DNA from: a virus
Direction: 5' to 3' (one strand)
IMG/VR virus record: IMGVR_UViG_3300043449_002191
Location: 1 to 64,000 of that record
DNA: 64,000 nucleotides
Under the pieces are notes generated by a model. That model had not been told where the DNA came from. It made no database searches and worked only from the letters and a program-made list of their open reading frames with translations. Within the stretch, counting starts at the first letter, position 1. The number at the start of each line of letters is the position of its first letter. Positions 17,791 through 29,180 of the stretch are shown here, piece by piece. The translations under genes were made by a program, and so were the position numbers.

Positions 17791-17813
17791 ACCTACCTCC
17801 TAATTACAAAACC

Positions 17814-17842
17814 AGGATATCAAGTAATACTTTAAAAGTCAA
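17814..17842 (-). promoter_or_regulatory. Sigma70-type promoter
   Basis: TTGACT-17 nt-TATCCT. Confidence 0.65.
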
Positions 17843-17932
17843 CTATTTGTCTCATTTCAATACTTTGGCTATATCCTAATCTTATTGTAGATACTTACAG
17901 TATTATAGCTTTAAAAAAAATAAAGGTACAAA

Positions 17933-19846
17933 GTGTCTAAATTGCCTACAATTTTTCAGACTAAATGGCCGTCCGTTCTTTTGGGGCCTATTTCTGTATC
18001 TAACTATATAGTTACAGTCCCATCTACTTATGGATTAGCTGTTAATCAAATCGTAGTATTAAGACTTGGCACAAAAGCTAAAGAATTTGAAATTAAACGA
18101 GTATTATCTGACACAGAGCTTCAACTTGGCCAAACAAACTCAGGTTTAAAAACTTTTCTGAATCCCACTGAATTTGATGGTGGAACTTTGGAAATGTCAG
18201 AACAGGAAAGAAATAAGCTAGGGTTTGAATACGTGCTTAGGGCTGTTTATCAAGAAGAGCCTGCAGTTGCACTTAGAAGCATTTTAGTTGACTGGATGGG
18301 TCAACATTACAGCGAAACTAATCCACTACCTGTTTCCGGCTCTCTTACTGTTGATATAGGAAATGAAGTAGAAATTAAAAATGACAGCGGTAATCCTGTA
18401 CCTGTATCTGGTGAAGTTTCAATTAGTTCCTTGCCTGAAGTAGAAATTAAAAATGACATTAATAATCCAATTCCATCTAGCATTTATACTCCAGACGGTA
18501 ATCCAAACGCATCTACAAATCCTGTTTGGGTTACTGGTGAAATGAACGCAAATATTACAAGCGGATTTAGTTTAGACGCATTTTCTAGACTAAGAGTTAG
18601 TGAGCCCTTTACTTTAGGTGATTACAAGCATTTATATGGAATTGACCCTAACTTTAATGATAATTTAATTAATGGTGGAACTGCAGTATACAATGCAAAT
18701 AAGGCTTCAGCCACATTATCAACCTCAAGTGATCCGAGTTCAAGAGCTACCCACCAAACTAAAATGTATCACCATTATCAGCCTGGAAAAAGCCAACTAA
18801 TACTTTCATCTGTAGTTTTTGGCCATGCTCAGCAAAACGTAACAAAGCGAACAGGTTATTTTGACGATAAAAACGGTATATTTTTTGAGCAAGTTGGAAG
18901 CAGTATATCAGACAATACAGACAATGGTACATTGAATTGGGTAATACGCTCCTATACTTCTGGCCTTGCAGATGAATCTGATATAGGCACATATAAAAGG
19001 CGAGTTCCCCAATCTGAATGGAACGTAGATAAATGTGACGGAACTGGGCCATCTGGTTTTAATATTGACACTTCAAAAACACAGTTAATCTGGACAGACT
19101 TTCAATGGTTAGGAGTTGGACGAGTAGAATGCGGTTTTGTTCATGACGGTAAATTTGTTTTAGCTCATAGATATTATCACTCAAATATATTGCCAGAAGT
19201 GTATTTAAGCAACCCCAATTTGCCAGTAAGATGCGAAATACTTAATACGGGAGCTACCACAGGTGGTTCTATGGATCAAATTTGCTCTACTGTTGCTACT
19301 GAAGGTGGATATATTGAAAGCGGTATTGATTTTTCTGTGTACTCCCCAATAAGAGCTACAATTGGCAATGGGCAAACAACATTTCCTTTAATGGCCGTTA
19401 GACTAAAAAATTCATTTAATGGATATGATAATAGAGTAAGTGCTAGAGCCAACCAAACAAGTTTTTACGTGGAAAACAATAGTATAGTGTATGAGATTAT
19501 AAAATTACCATCAGCGGCCAGCCTATCTACTACTTTAAACGGTGGCGTACTTACATGGGTTTCTGCAGATGCCTCTAGTGCAGTAGAATATTGCGTAAAT
19601 GCCACAGATTTTGTTAGTGTTGACGCTGATAGGCTTTCGTCTGGCTTTGTTCCATCTGGAGCTAGTCAAAATAGTTTATCCCCAGTTGCAAGCGGATCTA
19701 TATCTTCAGCTAAAAAGAATGTTATATCTCAAAACTTTGATAGCACAAGCTCGGAAGTATACGTTATTGTTGTCAGTACTGTCCTTGCTGGTAACAACCT
19801 ATCAGCAAACGTAGCCTGTGCCTTTCAATGGAGAGAAATCTATTAA
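17933..19846 (+). CDS. Virion structural protein with lectin/ConA-like beta domain
   Basis: DAFSRLRVSEP, YQPGKSQ, TDFQWLGVGRV, PNLPVRCE motifs; EVEIKND repeats; GTG start. Confidence 0.6.
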   Translation: MSKLPTIFQTKWPSVLLGPISVSNYIVTVPSTYGLAVNQIVVLRLGTKAKEFEIKRVLSDTELQLGQTNSGLKTFLNPTEFDGGTLEMSEQERNKLGFEYVLRAVYQEEPAVALRSILVDWMGQHYSETNPLPVSGSLTVDIGNEVEIKNDSGNPVPVSGEVSISSLPEVEIKNDINNPIPSSIYTPDGNPNASTNPVWVTGEMNANITSGFSLDAFSRLRVSEPFTLGDYKHLYGIDPNFNDNLINGGTAVYNANKASATLSTSSDPSSRATHQTKMYHHYQPGKSQLILSSVVFGHAQQNVTKRTGYFDDKNGIFFEQVGSSISDNTDNGTLNWVIRSYTSGLADESDIGTYKRRVPQSEWNVDKCDGTGPSGFNIDTSKTQLIWTDFQWLGVGRVECGFVHDGKFVLAHRYYHSNILPEVYLSNPNLPVRCEILNTGATTGGSMDQICSTVATEGGYIESGIDFSVYSPIRATIGNGQTTFPLMAVRLKNSFNGYDNRVSARANQTSFYVENNSIVYEIIKLPSAASLSTTLNGGVLTWVSADASSAVEYCVNATDFVSVDADRLSSGFVPSGASQNSLSPVASGSISSAKKNVISQNFDSTSSEVYVIVVSTVLAGNNLSANVACAFQWREIY

Positions 19847-19960
19847 TGATATCAAATATTTGCAAAAAAATGGCAAATAATCCTAATCTTAGAATTGATG
19901 TGTCTCGTTACATAAATGGGAAAAACATAAATAAACTTAACACTTTAGGGGTGGAAATAG

Positions 19961-20635
19961 ATGAGTAGAGTTAGATTAGAAAAGATATCTGCATCTTTGA
20001 TTCCTATTCCACCTACCGGAAAAGCTAGTTTATTTTTAGATGGCTTAGATGGAAATTTAAAGCTTAAATTAGATGATGGTAATACTATCATCCTAAATAG
20101 CAGTGAAGAGTATATCCAGGACTTAGTTGCTAACTTTTTTGCAGATTCAGCTAGCTTGGAAGTATCTTATGATGATTTGGGCGACTCCATTTCTATCAAT
20201 ATTAAGCCAAATGTTATAAATGATTATTATGTGGACAAAATTAGTCCAGTAAAAATAACTGATACCCAGAATGGAAGGTATCAAAGCTCGTTGACAACAA
20301 CGAATAGTACACCAACATTGATTCAAAGCATATCTTGTGCTGTAGATGGGTCGTGGATGGTAGAAGCGAGGGTTACGTGTAGGAGAATAGGCGGTTTATC
20401 GGGGTCTGCAGGAGATTCTGCAGTATTTAAAAGGAGCTTTCGAATCAAGTCCGAAGGTTCAACGGTAACAGTGCATGACATTCAGGCTGACTATACATCG
20501 AGAGACTTACCTAATATGCAAACTACTGAGGTAAGTATTTCTGTAAGCAGTACGAATGTTAACATTTCTGTAGTCGGGATTAGTGATACCGACCTTAAAT
20601 GGAATGCTGATACGATAACAAATATTAATACATAA
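19961..20635 (+). CDS. Virion fibre-associated protein
   Basis: C-terminal beta domain (IQADYTS..W) shared with 20653..24471. Confidence 0.6.
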   Translation: MSRVRLEKISASLIPIPPTGKASLFLDGLDGNLKLKLDDGNTIILNSSEEYIQDLVANFFADSASLEVSYDDLGDSISINIKPNVINDYYVDKISPVKITDTQNGRYQSSLTTTNSTPTLIQSISCAVDGSWMVEARVTCRRIGGLSGSAGDSAVFKRSFRIKSEGSTVTVHDIQADYTSRDLPNMQTTEVSISVSSTNVNISVVGISDTDLKWNADTITNINT

Positions 20636-20652
20636 TAGGGGAGAAATAAATT

Positions 20653-23600
20653 ATGGCTATTATTTTATCACAAATTACAATAGGCGATCATAGAATAATG
20701 ATCACCGACAGCGCACCAAATACAGGCGCTGGAATTACAGCTGAAATTGGTTCAATGATCATCGTTTCAGGAGTTGCTCCTGAAGGTGCTATTTGGCTAA
20801 AAACTGGATCTAACGATACAGACTGGAAAGTTAGTACAGTTGATAAAGCAGCATTAGATCTACAAATTCTTGGCATAGAAAATGACATTGCTCAAGAAAT
20901 TCTTGATCGTGTTGCTCAAGATGCTGCCACATTAGCTTCTGCAAATTCTTACACAGATGGTGAAATTGCTCAAGAAGTAATTGACAGGAATGCTGCTATT
21001 GCTGCAGGTGATGCTGCCACATTAGCTTCTGCAAATTCTTACACAGATGGTGAAATTGCTCAAGAAGTAATTGACAGAAACGCTGCTATTGCTGCAGTAA
21101 GCCTTGATCTTACCGCATTGCAAGGAGATCTTGACGCATTAGACGGTAGAGTTATTTCTGTTGAATCTGATCTTGCTCAAGAAATTCTTGATCGTGCTGC
21201 AGATGTAGATGCTGAAGAATCTGCTCGTATTGCTGCAGATAACGCATTAGATGGACGTTTGGACATTATCGAAGGCATTGGTGAAGGTTCCGTAGCTAAA
21301 GCAGAACAAGATGCCAAAGACTATGCAGATGCTGCCGTACTAGTAGAAACTAATGCTCGTATTGCTGCTGACGATGCTCTTGATGGCCGTCTTGATGTTA
21401 TCGAAGGCATTGGTGAAGGTTCCGTAGCTAAAGCAGAACAAGATGCCAAAGACTATGCAGATGCTGCTGTAGCAGTAGAAGCTGGTGATAGAGCCGCAGA
21501 AGATCTCACATTCTTAAAACTTGACGGTTCTAGACCAATGACTGGTGCCCTTAATATGGGTAACCATAAAATTGAGTTTCTTCATGCTCCAGAAAATGCA
21601 TCTGATGCAGCTACTAAAGAGTACGTTGATGACTTGCTTGCTGGTCTTTCATGGAAAGAAGCAGTACACTCTGCTACAGTTGCTAGCGAAAACATTAACA
21701 TTGCTAATCCTGGTACAGCTACAATTGGTGGACATTTGTTGGAGCAGGGTCAAAGAGTTCTCCTTAAAGATCAAACTGACCTTAGCGAAAATGGTATCTA
21801 TATCTTTGATACTTCTTCTACAGCTTTAGTTCGTTCTTCAGACGCTGATGTTTGGGCTGAGCTTGAAGGTGCAGTTGTGTACGTTCAAGAAGGTACAAAT
21901 GCTGGCGGTAAGTTTGTTGCTACCATTCCTCCAACTGGAGTTGTTGGTGTAGACGACATCACATTTACAATGTTTTCTGCTGCAAGTGCCCTTGATGGTG
22001 TTGGAACTGCTGATACCGTCGCTATCTGGACAGATGTCCACACTCTTGGTTCTTCTCTAGTTACTACTCAAGAACTTGAATATGTTTCTGGCGTAACTTC
22101 TGGAATTCAGGCGCAAATCGATGCTGAAGAATCTGCTCGTATTTCTGCAGATAACGCATTAGACGGTAGACTTGATATTATTGAAGGTGCTGATACAGTT
22201 GAAGGTTCTGTCGCTAAAGCAGAAAAAGATGCTAAAGACTATGCAGATGCTGCAGTTGCTCAAGAAGTTATTGACAGGAATGCTGCTATTGCCGCAGGTG
22301 ATGCTCTTAAAGTAGACAAAGCTGGCGATACAATGACTGGCAACTTAGTTGTGGATAGCGGAACTGGATCGTCCTCTACTCTTAGCACATCCAGTTTATC
22401 TATTTCAGGAATGTTTGGCCCGACTTCTGAATTGTCAGATGGTGCCTTATCTATAGCCGATTCAATGCTGGGATCTTTGGGGCAATTACAGGCTGGAAGT
22501 TTAAATTTATCAAATCTTCCACAAGGTAAAAATATTACGTTAGCTGGTGGGGAAATTGAAACTTCTATACGGCAATTAGACCTTACATTTAATAAAATAA
22601 GTACAGATAATGGAAAAATCCGTTTATATAATTATAATGGATCTACTTATACCCCTATTCTTCCAACTCAACCAGAACACGTTACTACTAAATCATATGT
22701 TGATGCTGCTGATTCTGCGCTTGATGCCCGTTTAGATCTTCTTGAAGCTGACGATGTAACTAAGACTTATGTTGACAGCCAAGATGCTCTTAAAGTATCT
22801 AAAGCTGGCGATACAATGTCTGGTGATCTAATTGTTGATCTTGGCGCTGGCCAAACTTCAACTGTTGGACAAAATGTTGTTGTGACAGCTTCTGATGGAA
22901 GCAGTAGTACAGTAGATGCCTTATCTAATACGATTGCTGCTGGCGATGGGCTATCTGAAAGTTCTTTATCTTCTAACTCATTAACAATGTACCTTGATGA
23001 CGGTACAGGCGATTATGACGCAGTTGATATTTACACTAATGCAATTAAACTTTACCATTGGGATGGTTCGGCTCAAACGCCAATCATGCCTGTTAATGAT
23101 GAAGACGTTACTGTAAAAAAGTACGTTGATGACTCTATTGCTGCTCTTGGATCTGGCTCTCTTACTGCTATCCAAAACGAACTTGATGCTACTCAATTAG
23201 GTGCTGGTCTTGGAACAGGTGGTTCCTACATCCCTCATATTGGTACTAATTATATTGATGGACAGTCTTCTTTAGATGCTGCTGACGTTGCTTTAGACCA
23301 AGCATTAAAAGCTGAAGAAACTGCCCGTATCGCTGGTGATGCTGCTTCTCAAAGCTATGCCGATGGGGTAGTAGCTGCTGAACAGTTAAGAGCTTTAGCT
23401 GCAGAAGGTGTATTGCAAGATAATATCGATGATGAAGCTTCTGCACGTGCCCTTGCTGACGGACTTCTTCAAGGTGAAATTGATGCTATTCAAGATGACT
23501 ATGGTGCTGCTAATGGTCTAGCTACTCTTGATGGTGGTGGAAAAGTTCCTTTGAGTCAGTTGCCTAATTCTATTATGCAATATCAAGGCGTATGGGATGC

Positions 23601-24471
23601 TTCTACTAACACTCCTGCTTTGGCAGATGGTGCTGGAAACGCTGATGAGGCTATCGGTGATGTATACAGAGTAAGCGTTGCTGGCTCTCATAACTTAGGA
23701 TCTGGATTAATTTCATTTGAAGTTGGCGATTATGTAATCCTTAATGCTTCTAAAGTGTGGGAAAAGTCTGATACTACAGATGCAGTTGCCACTGTAAATG
23801 GATACACTGGAAACGTAGTTCTTGACGCTGCAGATTTGCTTATGGTTTCTAAACCAGCTCAAACTGTTGAATCTGAACTTGTTCAGTTGCAATTAAATAT
23901 CGATGCAGAAGAAGCAAGAGCTTTAGCTGCAGAAGGTGTACTGCAAGGTAACATTGACGCAGAAGAAGCTGCTCGTATTGCCGCTGACTTGTTGAAACTT
24001 GATCTTGCTGGCGGAACAATGTCTGGCGACATCAACATGGGAAGCAATGACCTTGTTAATGCTTCTAGCGTAGTTGTCGGTGCTGCTTCTGGCGATAGCA
24101 TTTTCCAATTGCAAGAAAACAACGTCAAATACAACGTATCTGCGCATGCTGCACAGACTACTGATGGAACTCAGATTACTATGTTCTCTGAGACTCCAGC
24201 TGATAACTCTGTTGGATTATACAAAGTAATGGTTACTGGTATTGATGCTGCAAACAATGACTCAGTTGCTTACGAAAGAACTGTCCGTGTTAAGAAAGTT
24301 AGTGGAGTAGTTTCTCTTGGAACTATTCAGGCCGACTATACTAGCGAAGACCCTTCTTTGAGTCAGTGTAGTATTGATATTCAAGGTGTTAGCGGAACAG
24401 TTGCAGTTAAAGTTGCAGGTGTTAATACTAAAACTATTAACTGGAAAGCTGTACTTGAAAAAGTAAGATAA
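20653..24471 (+). CDS. Long fibre protein (coiled-coil repeats, KAGDTMxG knots)
   Basis: Repeats EESARIAADNALDGRLD, GSVAKAEQDAKDYAD, AQEVIDRNAAI; RVLLKDQT..ENGIY module; NGLATLDGGGKVP. Confidence 0.75.
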   Translation: MAIILSQITIGDHRIMITDSAPNTGAGITAEIGSMIIVSGVAPEGAIWLKTGSNDTDWKVSTVDKAALDLQILGIENDIAQEILDRVAQDAATLASANSYTDGEIAQEVIDRNAAIAAGDAATLASANSYTDGEIAQEVIDRNAAIAAVSLDLTALQGDLDALDGRVISVESDLAQEILDRAADVDAEESARIAADNALDGRLDIIEGIGEGSVAKAEQDAKDYADAAVLVETNARIAADDALDGRLDVIEGIGEGSVAKAEQDAKDYADAAVAVEAGDRAAEDLTFLKLDGSRPMTGALNMGNHKIEFLHAPENASDAATKEYVDDLLAGLSWKEAVHSATVASENINIANPGTATIGGHLLEQGQRVLLKDQTDLSENGIYIFDTSSTALVRSSDADVWAELEGAVVYVQEGTNAGGKFVATIPPTGVVGVDDITFTMFSAASALDGVGTADTVAIWTDVHTLGSSLVTTQELEYVSGVTSGIQAQIDAEESARISADNALDGRLDIIEGADTVEGSVAKAEKDAKDYADAAVAQEVIDRNAAIAAGDALKVDKAGDTMTGNLVVDSGTGSSSTLSTSSLSISGMFGPTSELSDGALSIADSMLGSLGQLQAGSLNLSNLPQGKNITLAGGEIETSIRQLDLTFNKISTDNGKIRLYNYNGSTYTPILPTQPEHVTTKSYVDAADSALDARLDLLEADDVTKTYVDSQDALKVSKAGDTMSGDLIVDLGAGQTSTVGQNVVVTASDGSSSTVDALSNTIAAGDGLSESSLSSNSLTMYLDDGTGDYDAVDIYTNAIKLYHWDGSAQTPIMPVNDEDVTVKKYVDDSIAALGSGSLTAIQNELDATQLGAGLGTGGSYIPHIGTNYIDGQSSLDAADVALDQALKAEETARIAGDAASQSYADGVVAAEQLRALAAEGVLQDNIDDEASARALADGLLQGEIDAIQDDYGAANGLATLDGGGKVPLSQLPNSIMQYQGVWDASTNTPALADGAGNADEAIGDVYRVSVAGSHNLGSGLISFEVGDYVILNASKVWEKSDTTDAVATVNGYTGNVVLDAADLLMVSKPAQTVESELVQLQLNIDAEEARALAAEGVLQGNIDAEEAARIAADLLKLDLAGGTMSGDINMGSNDLVNASSVVVGAASGDSIFQLQENNVKYNVSAHAAQTTDGTQITMFSETPADNSVGLYKVMVTGIDAANNDSVAYERTVRVKKVSGVVSLGTIQADYTSEDPSLSQCSIDIQGVSGTVAVKVAGVNTKTINWKAVLEKVR

Positions 24472-24489
24472 TTATTCAAACTATGGTAG

Positions 24490-24517
24490 GCCGCTTCTCT
24501 GATGGGGAGGCGGCTTT
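24490..24517 (+). terminator. Probable terminator/attenuator hairpin
   Basis: GCCGCTTCTC-TGATG-GGGAGGCGGC-TTT. Confidence 0.65.
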
Positions 24518-24540
24518 CCTCTTAACTTTAGGACTTACAT

Positions 24541-26151
24541 ATGGCTGTGTTAGGTACTTTAACTCTAAATGAAATTGTAATCTATGAAGTGGATGAAAAT
24601 CCTACAATAGCCGGATTAGAGGCAGCTTCTGGATCACTAGCTATTATGACCGATGGGTCAGCTATTTTTCATAAAGGAGAAGGGGATCAATTTAACTGGG
24701 TAAACCATTCAGTTAGTGATCACGGAAATCTAAGTGGTCTTAGCGATGACGACCACATACAATACTTATTAACTGACGGCACAAGACAAATGAGCGGCTC
24801 ATTAGATATGGGCAGTAATGATGTTACCAATGCTGGTGACTATAATGGAGTGACTGTCGAGGCTCATGCTTCTAGACACTTACCAGATGGCGCTGACCCT
24901 TTAGCGACATCAACCCCAGTTTCTACTGGAGTAGAAAATTCAGAAGGATCAGCAAATTCTTTTGCTAGAGCTGATCATATTCATAAAACTTTAATAAATT
25001 CAAATTTTATTTTTATAAACACAAAAACAGATTTTCCTGCGGCAGTTGGCGGAGTAATTACTCTTGCTAATAATACCACATATTTTATAACTACTGCTAT
25101 CGATCTTACTGGCGATAGGTTAGTTGCAGGACAAAATACTACTATTATCGGCGGTTCGTCCGAAAACTGTTCAATAACATCAACTGGACTAAGCTCAAGT
25201 ACGGCGCTAATCACATCTAACTACTCTTTACCGATGAGGAATATATCAATTACCCATGGAAAAGCATTAGATCTTGATGGTACTGGTAATGCGTCAGCGG
25301 CTTTAGATTGGTTTGGAGTAAACTTTGTTAATTGTGCAACAGTTGGAACAATCAAAACTTATACAAACTTTATTATGACTGATTGTGCATTATTAAATTC
25401 AGCTAATATGACATTTGATGGCACAATTCAAACCGTAGGATTTATCAGCTGCTTGTTTTCTGGAATAGCAGGACAAACAACCTTAAATTTTCCGTCAACA
25501 TTAACAATTACTAGAAGAATACGAGCAGTATTTTCATCATTTGTCGCATTTGGCGGAGCAACAGCAATATACGTAGATCCAGCCGTTACATTTAGTGCTG
25601 GCGCAGAAAACTACATTTTAATTACTTGTAACTTTAGCGGTGGTGCTACCTATGTAGGTGGTACAAATTACACAAGCAATAACGCATTATTCCAAAACTG
25701 TAGGGGGATAACCAATTCAGCCAATGTTGGTCAAATGTATTTTATAAATGATGCTACCCCAAATTCAATTGCCTCTCAAGGGGTATTTGAAAAGATCGAG
25801 GGCACTACTATAGCATCCTCGATTAATCAAAAATTCTCACATTCATTGAATAGATTGACTTATGTAGGCGGTTTAACAAAAGAATTCGTCATAACAGCAT
25901 CATGTTCAGCCAATTCAGTAACAACTCCTTCAGCAGTTCTTCTTGTTAGAATAGCAAAAAATGGCGCTACTATAGCCGAATCTGAATCACAAGTTACTAC
26001 GTCTAACATAGGGAGAAACGAAAACTTTTACTGTCAAGCAATAGTAAATCTTGCCCCAAATGACTATATTGAACTTTTTATTGCAAACGATACAAGTACA
26101 AATAGCGTAATTGTAACAGATTTAAATCTTTTAGCAAGAGCGTCAGGATAA
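24541..26151 (+). CDS. Fibre/spike protein (His-rich shaft, beta-helix-like middle, C1q/BclA-like tip)
   Basis: DHGNLSGLSDDDHIQY, HASRH, RADHIH; C-term VNLAPNDYIELFIAN. Confidence 0.65.
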   Translation: MAVLGTLTLNEIVIYEVDENPTIAGLEAASGSLAIMTDGSAIFHKGEGDQFNWVNHSVSDHGNLSGLSDDDHIQYLLTDGTRQMSGSLDMGSNDVTNAGDYNGVTVEAHASRHLPDGADPLATSTPVSTGVENSEGSANSFARADHIHKTLINSNFIFINTKTDFPAAVGGVITLANNTTYFITTAIDLTGDRLVAGQNTTIIGGSSENCSITSTGLSSSTALITSNYSLPMRNISITHGKALDLDGTGNASAALDWFGVNFVNCATVGTIKTYTNFIMTDCALLNSANMTFDGTIQTVGFISCLFSGIAGQTTLNFPSTLTITRRIRAVFSSFVAFGGATAIYVDPAVTFSAGAENYILITCNFSGGATYVGGTNYTSNNALFQNCRGITNSANVGQMYFINDATPNSIASQGVFEKIEGTTIASSINQKFSHSLNRLTYVGGLTKEFVITASCSANSVTTPSAVLLVRIAKNGATIAESESQVTTSNIGRNENFYCQAIVNLAPNDYIELFIANDTSTNSVIVTDLNLLARASG

Positions 26152-26155
26152 TAAA

Positions 26156-29100
26156 ATGAAAAAAATTAACGTATATGTAAATTCAGTTTTAAGATGGGAA
26201 GCTTTTAAAGATGAAGATGAATATCAGGCATGGCTTGACTCCTGTATAGCAGCCAATATCTGGGGTGCCCCTGGGACTTATACCTATGAAGTTTTAGATG
26301 GAAACGCAGAGTGGGCACAGGTAGTTTTAAAGAATGAAGTAATCACTAAGATATACGCTGACGAGAACTACTATAAAAAGAGTGACATCCTTGGGGCTGT
26401 TTCAACAATTGTTGAAGATAACTTACCTCTTGATAAAGCGTTAATCTCAAACTCACAGGGAAAAGTTGCAGCATCTTCAACAACTTCATCTGAAATTGGA
26501 CATTTGTCTGGTGTTACTTCAGCTATTCAGACTCAAATTGACTCTAAAGAGCCAACAATTACATTGACAACTAACAGAGCTGTTGTTTCAGATACAAATG
26601 GTAAGGTTTCAGCGTCTACTGTTACCTCATCTGAATTAGAACATTTGTCGGGTGTTACTTCAGCTGTTCAAACTCAAATTGACTCTAAAGCAAACCATAC
26701 CAATCCTACGTTAACAGGAACTATTAACTGGAGAAGTGATGCGCTAGAAGACACCGTTGATATCTCTGAGTTAATTTCTTTTACTTCTACAATGGGCTTA
26801 CTTGAGGGCGGTCAAATTACTGTTAATAGTGGTCTAACTATAAATGTAGCTAGAACTATTGGATATGCTTCTAATAGTGAAGATTACGCAACTCAGTTGT
26901 TAAAGAAAATTGATGCTGCTGCCACAACACTACTTTTACCTGCTAATTCAAATGTTTATATTTACTATACTGCTGGATCAGTCCTTAGTTATAACGTGAC
27001 AATGCCTAATGGAAGATCTAATGTTATCCTTGGAAGAGTTGTTACAAATGCAACGGATGTTGTTTATATTGAAAAAAGTGAAGTAGACGCTCACCATTGG
27101 TCAAACCATGCTGACATTATGCTTAAAGATGCATTTGGTCCTATATTTTCTAGCGGTTCAATTATCACTGAAAACGGTACAAACGCTAGACAGTTAGATA
27201 TGACTAACGGTGTTTATTTTTATGGTGAGCATCGTTTAACTTTAGCTGAAGAAACTAGCCTATCATTTAATGCTTATTACAGTAATGGCTCTGGCGGCTA
27301 TACTGTTGAATCAGCTTCGTCTACCGTGTCTAACTCTCTCTATGATGATGGTTCAGGTACATTGGCATCAATTCCAACAGATAAATATGTAAAACATTTA
27401 CTGGTAGCTATCAAAGAGCAAACTGGAACTCAGAAGTTCTTACTGTTTTACGGTGATTCAAACTGGACTACTGAAGCGGAAGCTTTGGCTGCAAATCTAC
27501 CAGCTACGCCAGACTTTATTAAAAACACATTTGTTCGTTTGGCTAGTATTGTTGTAAAGCAGGGTGTAAGTGCTATCCAGCAAATAGTCGATGAAAGACC
27601 AAGAGTCGGCTTTTCTCCAAGTGCTGTTTCTGCAGCAGTTGTTACCGACCACGGCGCTCTTTCTGGCTTATCTGACGATGACCATATTCAGTACTTTCTT
27701 GCTAATGGCTCTAGGGCTATGAGTGGCAATCTTGATATGAACGGAAATGATATTATCTCACTTGATACGGTAAACGGTGTTGTCGTTGAGGCTCATGCAA
27801 GTAGACATCAGCCAGGAGGCGCAGATGCTATCCCAACAGCTACAGCAGTCTCTATAGCTACCGCTAACGCTGAAGGAACTTCAACTTCACTTGCAAGGGC
27901 TGACCATACCCATAAAATTGATGATAGTTTTATTACAAGTTCAATGCTTGCTGGGTCTATTGATGCCGCAAAAATTGCATCTGGGGCTGTATCAAATACT
28001 GAGTTTGAATACCTTGATGGTGTTACATCAGCTATTCAGACTCAGATAGATAGTAAAGAGCCAACAATTACTGGAGCTGCGACATCAATAACATCCTCAG
28101 ACCTTACCGCTTCTAGAGCATTAGCTTCAGATGCTTCAGGTAAAGTCGCTGTATCAGCTACAACCTCAACTGAATTAGGATATGTTTCTGGAGTTACTTC
28201 TGCCATCCAAACTCAACTTGACGGAAAACAAGCAACTATTACTGGTGCAGCTACGACTATTACTAATTCAAATTTGACTGCAAGCAGAGCTGTGGTATCC
28301 GATGCAAGCGGTAAGATTGATATATCCCCAACAACTTCAGATGAAATTGCATTTGTATCGGGCGTTACTTCAGCTATTCAGACTCAACTTAATGGTAAAC
28401 AGGCGACTATAACAGGTGCTGCTTCTACAATAACAACGGCAAATTTGTCTAACGATAAGGCATTAGTTTCAGATGCAGGCGGTAAGGTTTCGGCTTCTGC
28501 TGTAACTTCTACAGAACTTGGATATGTTTCTGGAGTTACTTCTGCCATCCAAACTCAACTTGACGGAAAACAAGCAACTGGAAATTATATTACTGACCTG
28601 ACTGGTGATGTAACTGCATCAGGCCCTGGATCTGCTGCTGCAACATTGGCAAATTCTGGAGTTGTTGCTGGTACATATAGCTTAGTTACAGTAGACGCCA
28701 AAGGCCGTGTAACGGATGGCTCTAATTCTGGCTCAATAACTCGGTACTCTTATTTTACTTCAGCGTCAACATCCTCAACATCTACTACATACGCAACGGT
28801 AACGGGGCTTACTACAATCAGTCTTCCAACTGGTTTATATAAAATTAAAGTTTTAGGTAAAGCTCAAACGGCGTCAACAACCAGTGGTCTTGGATTAAGA
28901 ATAGCTGCTGGAACAGCTACAATATCAAATGTTGGCGTAGCATGGTCTTTTTCTCAAGGTGCTAACGGTGTTTCTAAAGATTTTAGATATGACCAGACTG
29001 CTACAGCAGATAACATTACTTCAGCGTCAACACAAGCAGCTAACACGGATTTTATGGTTAGAGGTGAGGGTTTTATTAGAGTGTCAGTTGCTGGAACTGT

Positions 29101-29179
29101 TGTTGTACAATTTAGATCAGAAAGCACTACTGCAGCTACGCTACAAGCCGATACATCTTTTATTTTGGAGTTAGTGTAA
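26156..29179 (+). CDS. Fibre protein with SGVTSAIQTQ repeats
   Basis: About six ELxxxxGVTSAxQTQxxxK repeats; His-rich module; VTVDAKGRVT. Confidence 0.7.
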   Translation: MKKINVYVNSVLRWEAFKDEDEYQAWLDSCIAANIWGAPGTYTYEVLDGNAEWAQVVLKNEVITKIYADENYYKKSDILGAVSTIVEDNLPLDKALISNSQGKVAASSTTSSEIGHLSGVTSAIQTQIDSKEPTITLTTNRAVVSDTNGKVSASTVTSSELEHLSGVTSAVQTQIDSKANHTNPTLTGTINWRSDALEDTVDISELISFTSTMGLLEGGQITVNSGLTINVARTIGYASNSEDYATQLLKKIDAAATTLLLPANSNVYIYYTAGSVLSYNVTMPNGRSNVILGRVVTNATDVVYIEKSEVDAHHWSNHADIMLKDAFGPIFSSGSIITENGTNARQLDMTNGVYFYGEHRLTLAEETSLSFNAYYSNGSGGYTVESASSTVSNSLYDDGSGTLASIPTDKYVKHLLVAIKEQTGTQKFLLFYGDSNWTTEAEALAANLPATPDFIKNTFVRLASIVVKQGVSAIQQIVDERPRVGFSPSAVSAAVVTDHGALSGLSDDDHIQYFLANGSRAMSGNLDMNGNDIISLDTVNGVVVEAHASRHQPGGADAIPTATAVSIATANAEGTSTSLARADHTHKIDDSFITSSMLAGSIDAAKIASGAVSNTEFEYLDGVTSAIQTQIDSKEPTITGAATSITSSDLTASRALASDASGKVAVSATTSTELGYVSGVTSAIQTQLDGKQATITGAATTITNSNLTASRAVVSDASGKIDISPTTSDEIAFVSGVTSAIQTQLNGKQATITGAASTITTANLSNDKALVSDAGGKVSASAVTSTELGYVSGVTSAIQTQLDGKQATGNYITDLTGDVTASGPGSAAATLANSGVVAGTYSLVTVDAKGRVTDGSNSGSITRYSYFTSASTSSTSTTYATVTGLTTISLPTGLYKIKVLGKAQTASTTSGLGLRIAAGTATISNVGVAWSFSQGANGVSKDFRYDQTATADNITSASTQAANTDFMVRGEGFIRVSVAGTVVVQFRSESTTAATLQADTSFILELV

Positions 29180-29180
29180 T

